From Octopus vulgaris (lineage: Eukaryota): 64,000 nt of DNA. Below the pieces are notes generated by a model. It ran no database searches. It was given only the letters and a program-made list of their open reading frames with translations, and was not told the DNA's origin. Below, piece by piece: positions 58,325 to 64,000 of the stretch; the first letter of the stretch is position 1; each line of letters opens with the position of its first letter. The translations under genes were made by a program, and so were the position numbers. Location of the stretch: assembly GCA_951406725.2 (NCBI GenBank), contig OX597816.1, positions 162,750,001 to 162,814,000 on the forward strand, written 5' to 3'.

Positions 58325-58606
58325 CAAAATTGTTTGTATGAATGTTGGGAAAATGACCATTGTGAAAGGATCCATTTTGAGCATGCACCTATGAAAAATA
58401 AAAGAAGGGCACTTACACTGTTGGTTAGGCTCCCGTGGATTTTTTTTTGGCGGGGGGTCCACGAGTAGTCTTAAAGCACCTCCCCCTTTAGGGAGTTTTA
58501 TTTGTTTGTCTTTGTTATTTACACGTTTTAATAGCCTTTTATATCGTCCTGTCTTGTCATTTCATGTTGTTTTTATGCAAGCCCTTGTGGCCAATAAAAG
58601 AATTAA
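58325..58606 (+). mobile_element. Tx1-like LINE 3' fragment
   Basis: ..MNVGKMTIVKGSILSMHL* then a 3' end agcccttgtggccaataaaagaatt; atgaatgt shared with the end of the 4.4-9.2 kb LINE ORF2. Confidence 0.45.
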
Positions 58607-59114
58607 CTTAAAATAAATAAAAATATTAACTTAGTGATGATTAAATTTTTCCTTTATGGATTTTTTGGGAATTCCAACCATGTTTCATGGTTCGCTACCT
58701 CAACAGTTCCTTTATAGGATCCGGTGGCTAAGGACATCATCCGGAGGAACCACGTCCGGTTTCAGCCCCTACTCTTCAACCATTTTCGTCATGGCGTCCC
58801 CCTACATCCTTTCGGAGGTGTCCTCAGGTCTTGTGTTGAGTGCGTTTTTTTTCTTTGGCTTTTTGTTCTTTGGTTTCTTCGATGCAGCGTCAACGAATGC
58901 CAGCGGGCGTATGACCACCCTGCCAAATTTCCCTCTAAATATCCGCTGGTAGGCTCCAGCATCCAGCGCCAGCTAACTGTAACGTGATACAGTCTAAGCT
59001 TTAACTGACCAATGGAGGGGAAGGATGCGAAGTTTTTGCCCGTGCCCTCTGTAGACCTAACTTCCAACAGTGTCGTGTTAGTATCAGCTCCAGCTGCGCC
59101 TAGCACTATATATG

Positions 59115-59608
59115 ACCGTGTGGTAAGATGCTTGCTTCCCACCAACATGGTTCCAGATTCAGCCCAACTGCGAGGCACCTTGGGCAAGTGATTTCTGCTA
59201 TAACGTAGAGGGAAACTGAAAGAAGCCCGTCACATATACGTAGGTATATACCTATGTTTGCGTGTCTTTGTGTTTGTGTTTGCCCCACCACTAACACCAC
59301 CACCACCACCAAGAAAGGTTGACAACTAGTGTCTGTTTGTTTATGTTCTCCACATGGTCGCAGCCAAATGAGTAGCACAAGCAAAAGATAATATGGAGGG
59401 ACTGTGTGGTAAGTAGCTTGTTTACTAGCCACATGGTTCCAGGTTCAGTCCCACTGCGTGGCAACTTGGGCAAGTGTCGTTTACTATAGCCTCGGGCCGA
59501 CCAAAGCCTTGTAAGCGGATTTGACGGAAACTGGAAGAAGTCTGTCGTATATGTATATGTATTTGTGTGTCCCCACGTCCATATGTTTATGTGTCTATAA
59601 ATAAATAA

Positions 59609-59665
<57 letters not shown>

Positions 59666-59875
59666 TGTGTCTGTGTTTGTCCCACACCCTACCATCGTTT
59701 GACCACCGATGTTTGTGTGTTTACGTCACCCGTAACCTGGCGTTCAGCAAAAGAGAACGATAGACTAAGTAGTCGGGTTACAAAGAATACGATCTGGGGG
59801 ATCGATCTGTTCCACTAACAGGTGGTGCTCCAGTATGGCTGCAGTCAAATGACTGAAACAAATAAAAGTATAAAA
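59115..59875 (+). mobile_element. Two tandem SINE family A copies (~59115-59390 diverged; ~59397-59875)
   Basis: Two heads (gtgtggtaag..gttcagYcc.actgcg.ggca.cttgggcaagtg). Confidence 0.8.
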
Positions 59876-60084
59876 GAAGGCGCAACACATACTCAGATAT
59901 TTTGTTCAGCGTTATAAGTTGGGGATCGATTCTTAAGATAAATCCATTTATACGCACAGACCGCAATTTGCAAGTAACCATTTATACATTTGTGAGTATG
60001 CATATTTAGACATGCATACATACATACATACATATATACATACATACATACATACATACACACACACATCCATCCATACATACA

Positions 60085-60117
<33 letters not shown>

Positions 60118-60480
60118 GTGAAGGAGCGTGGCTTAGTGGTTAAGGGCATTCGGCTCATGGTAGTACGGTCGCGAGTTCAATTCCTAACAACGCATTGTGT
60201 CCTCGAGTAAGACACTTTATTTCACGTTGCTCCAGTCCACTCAGCTGGCAAAAATGAGTAGTACCTGTATTTCAAAGGGGCCAGCCTTGTCACACTCTAT
60301 GTCACGCTGAATCTCCCAGGGATGAACGTCGGTGCCCCAGCATGGCCACAGCTCGTGAGCTGAAACTAGATGAAATGAGTGTCTGTGGATTGCTTAGCCA
60401 CTTGTACGTTAATTTCACGAGCAAGTAGTTCTGTTGATCGGATCAGCTGGGACCCTCGTCGTCGTAAACGACGGAGTGCT
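60118..60480 (+). mobile_element. Chimeric SINE: CORE-like head, family C tail, inserted family A-like tail
   Basis: tggcttagtgg..gagttcaattcc..ctccagtccactcagctgg; ccagcatggccacagc at ~60337; ends cgtcgtcgtaaacgacggagtgc. Confidence 0.7.
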
Positions 60481-60571
60481 CCTCTAGAATATACATATAT
60501 ATAAGTATGTGTGTGTGTTTCTCTCTCCCCATCTCTCCCTCCCTCCCCCCATTTCTCTCTCTCTCTCTCTC

Positions 60572-60612
<41 letters not shown>

Positions 60613-61457
60613 TTAATTATATTAGCGGGTACACGAAGCACCAGCTTGCTAGAGAGTGGAGGTAAAAAAAAATGCCACCAATCTTCCCGAAAATATATAA
60701 CGGACCAACGGAAATCAGGCAAACGATGGGAAATAAAAGCAATAATAATAATAATAATAATAATATCTTTACGAGTATTTGTTTTGAATATTTATTCATT
60801 CTTATATATATGTTATATATATACACACACATGAATGTGTATACGCGCATGAGTCTACCGTTCAATATCCATTTACATAAATACATACATACATACATAC
60901 ATACATTCATACATATAACATACATACATACATCTACTTGTGTCTAAATACATACGTCCCATAAACGCATACACGCAAGCATTAAAGCATCTATTACACA
61001 TACGCAATAATTACGCGCATGCACAATCACGCATACACACGCACATACATACAGACATTCAGACATATTTCTTCTTCAAATATAATTTCCTCCAATTTGC
61101 GCATTTATAAATACAATTTATAAATATAAATTATGAATATAATTGATAAATATAATTTATAACATATTTTACAATATATTTTTTCGTTCCATATATTTTT
61201 CTTTTTCATTCATTTATATATATATCATCAGTTTATTTTGTTATTTTCTGGCGAAATATTAATAATTATGCTTGTTAACCAAAACATATAGTCGAGCCAT
61301 TTCTCATTAATGCTTAGTTATAAAAATCGTTCTCTTGTCTCAAATGAAATTTGCGTTTCCATCCCAGAATTTGTTTTCCGTGAGCGCTTATGTGTGTTTA
61401 TATGTTTCACGATGTCCTTATATCACCGTGTGTCTCCATATTGTGTATATTGTGGAA

Positions 61458-61635
61458 TGTGAAGGCTCATGGCTAAGTGGTTAAGGTGTTCGGTTCGAGA
61501 TCGAAAAGACATGCGTTCGATACCTCGTGGGGCGTTGTGGCCTTGGGCAAACCCACTTTATTTCACGTTGCTCCAATCCATTCAGTTGGCAAAAGTGAAC
61601 AGTACCTGTAATGCAAACGGCCAGCCTTCTCACAT
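61458..61635 (+). mobile_element. CORE-like SINE 5' part
   Basis: tggctaagtggtt..gttcgatacc..ccttgggcaa..actttatttcacgttgctcc. Confidence 0.7.
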
Positions 61636-61654
61636 TTACGTCCCCGTAAACACA

Positions 61655-61805
61655 CCTGGAGCACCGCTTTTAGTTGAAGAAATCGACCTCAGGACTTATT
61701 CTTTGTAAGCCTAGTACTTATTCTAACGGTCTCTTTTCGCCGAACAGCTAAGTTACGGGGACGTAAACACACCAACATCGGTTGTCAATCGATGGTGGGG
61801 GGGGA

Positions 61806-61895
<90 letters not shown>

Positions 61896-62052
61896 CGACA
61901 GGCTTCTATCAGTTTACGTCTACCAAATCTACTCATAAGGCGTTGGTCGGCACGAAGCTATAGTAGAAGACACTTGCCCAAGGTGGCACGCAGTGGGACT
62001 GAACTCGGAACCATGTGACTGATAAGCAAGCTACTTACCACACAGCCGCGCC
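61655..62052 (-). mobile_element. SINE family A
   Basis: Family A body with internal (CA)n(TA)n. Confidence 0.85.
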
Positions 62053-62385
62053 TAAAGAAATTGTACGACTCTACCGCAATGTATCATCAAAAGATGAGTT
62101 TATATTAGCAGAAGACGATGCATTGTTATGTTAGCAGAAAGCTCCAGAATGACAGTAACTTTAATAATCAACGGACCAACAACCGGATTACTGACTTTCA
62201 CTTCGAGGGGTACTCATTTGCCATGCAGGAACAAGAAATAGCAACCAAATACCTGATGCACAAAAGGACAGAGACGCAGGAAAAACTTCAATGCAGTGTT
62301 GACACCGAATATATCACCCACACCATAAGCAGTTACCCAAAAATAGATAATACCGCGATGTCATTTTTGGGCAACTGCTTTTGGG

Positions 62386-62565
62386 CGACTGCCGTTACAT
62401 TCTGAGTTCAAATTCCGCCGAGGTTGACTTTGCCTTTCATCCTTTCGGGGTCGATAAATTACGTACCAGTTACGCACTGGGGTCGATATAATTGACTTAA
62501 TCCATTTGTCTGTCCTTGTTTGTCCCCTCTGTGTTTAGCCCCATGTGGGTAGTAAAGAAATAGGT
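62386..62565 (+). mobile_element. SINE family B, 5'-truncated, nested in the Dong remnant
   Basis: Body and tail gtttagccccatgtgggtagtaaagaaata. Confidence 0.85.
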
Positions 62566-62676
62566 ATTATCTACCGATAAGACATGACGTTGTATGACAT
62601 CTGTCGGAAGGATAATCCTAAGGCGAGAGATATAACGCACGATATGGTAGAGGTCATAAGAACCCACGGTATGGTA

Positions 62677-62909
62677 ACGGGCGGTGAGCTGGCAGAATCG
62701 TTAGCACACCGGGCGAAATGCTTGCGGTATTTCGTCTGCCACTACGTTCTGAGTTCAAATTCCGCCGAGGTCGACTTTGCCTTTCATCCTTTCTGGGTCG
62801 ATTGAATAGTTACCAGTTACGCACTGGGATCGATATAATCGACTTAATCCGTTTGTCTATCCTTGTTTGTCCTCTCTGTGTTTAGCCCCTTGTGGGTAGT
62901 AAAGAAATA
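62677..62909 (+). mobile_element. SINE family B, full length, 9-bp TSD
   Basis: ggtatggta at 62668-62676 and 62910-62918. Confidence 0.9.
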
Positions 62910-63845
62910 GGTATGGTAGAGGCTATAGCCACTCAGTTTGAAAGAATATTGGTAGAATGTCCTAGTGAAAACCTCAATAGAACCTAAACGTAATAAACCT
63001 GACATAATGATTTGGGAAGAAAAGAGAAACTTTGCAGAAATCAGTTGCTCAGCGGATGTCAACATAAAGCTGAAGTTCAGTGTAAAAGAAAACATCTACG
63101 TTGAGCTATTGAGAAATTTATTGTCACTCTACCTGGATTTCAAGTCCGGATTTATACCTGTAATTATTGGAGCACTGGAATATGTAACAAACTGCTTAAG
63201 CACCAATCTTGATAAATTAGGCTTCCCAAAAGCAAACAGGCGAAAGGTAATTAGAAGATTACAGATTCAAACTATCGGTGGAACTATCAAAATTTGTAAG
63301 ACTTCCCAGAAGTTTATTATTTAAGTATACATGCTCTCATGTCTAGATATGCAACTATATGCATGAGAATACATACATAAAACAAAACACAAATCTTCAT
63401 ATGCATTGTCGCTAAATATTATACACAAACACTAAAACATACAGAAATATCCTGTTCTAGTTGTTGAAATTACAATAAAGGAAACCTTGAATCTGGGTTA
63501 CAAATGGAGATAGACAGCGTTAGGCTTTGATATAAATATATTTACATGGCGCACAAAAACAAAAAAAAAATATACAGAATAAAAGTACAGAATAAGATAA
63601 GAAGATATGTAATGGAGTTTGCCAATCTTCTCTTGGTGAAGGAAGTCAGACCTACTGCAATATCTCCATGCGACTGGTTTCCGGTTATATACCCGTGACT
63701 TTTTGCACATTTCATCTGCAATTTATGATCTTTACGGTTATTATGTCACTCCGAGCACCCTGAAGCAGCTCTCAAGTTATGAATTTACATATTTTCTTCA
63801 CTCTCTCTTTACATACACACACACACGTACACACGTGCGCGCGCT

Positions 63846-63898
<53 letters not shown>

Positions 63899-64000
63899 GC
63901 CGGGCTTCTTACAGTTTCTGTGCACAAGACTATGGTCAACCCTAGGTGTGTAGTAGAAGACTACAAAACTACAAGTAGAAGACTACATGATGTCACGTAT

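Larger units (their letters stand above)
62053..63500 (+). mobile_element. Dong/R4-type RLE LINE 3' portion interrupted by two SINE-B insertions
   Basis: FEGYSFAMQEQEIATKYL, degenerate zinc knuckle (EYITHTISSYPK), RYYLPIRHDVV, KEYW*NV..NKPDIMIW..EISCSADVN..KENIY..FIPVIIGAL..KFII*. Confidence 0.85.

Noticed and set aside
58640-59100. Host exon (Lys-rich minus-strand frame KKPKNKKPKKK)
   Set aside because: Contains in-frame stops; probably a LINE ORF1 remnant but not assignable
62965-63324. Stand-alone nuclease or Fanzor/defence gene
   Set aside because: The PD..E..K motif with upstream QEQ and RHD motifs is the RLE of a Dong/R4 LINE, and it is disrupted by stops and SINEs

Overview
AT-rich, repeat-saturated eukaryotic DNA. 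The tRNA-headed SINE families and dense (TA)n/(CA)n/(TACA)n/(TAGA)n/(TAA)n microsatellites look like coleoid cephalopod (Octopus-type) sequence; this is recognised from memory, not from a search. I cannot support any host protein-coding gene, and almost all listed ORFs are microsatellite read-throughs. The recognisable content is: a decayed, near-full-length Tx1/L1-clade LINE (~4.4-9.2 kb); three Dong/R4-type restriction-like-endonuclease LINE remnants; RTE remnants; a non-autonomous Helitron; about 30 copies or fragments of four SINE families; and many short non-coding elements sitting in (TA)n tracts that resemble Penelope-like (PLE) pseudo-LTRs. Several of the latter carry hammerhead-ribozyme (HHR) motifs. 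These include one with a canonical core at 31516-31563(-), a family-shared CUGUUGA variant core, a 3x88-bp tandem with an HHR-like 3' half, and a very young 810-bp-unit partial-tandem non-coding element at 56880-58037. The best candidate for an under-described system is this set of TA-microsatellite-resident, ribozyme-bearing non-autonomous retroelements (PLE/retrozyme-like). Family assignments and boundaries are by eye.
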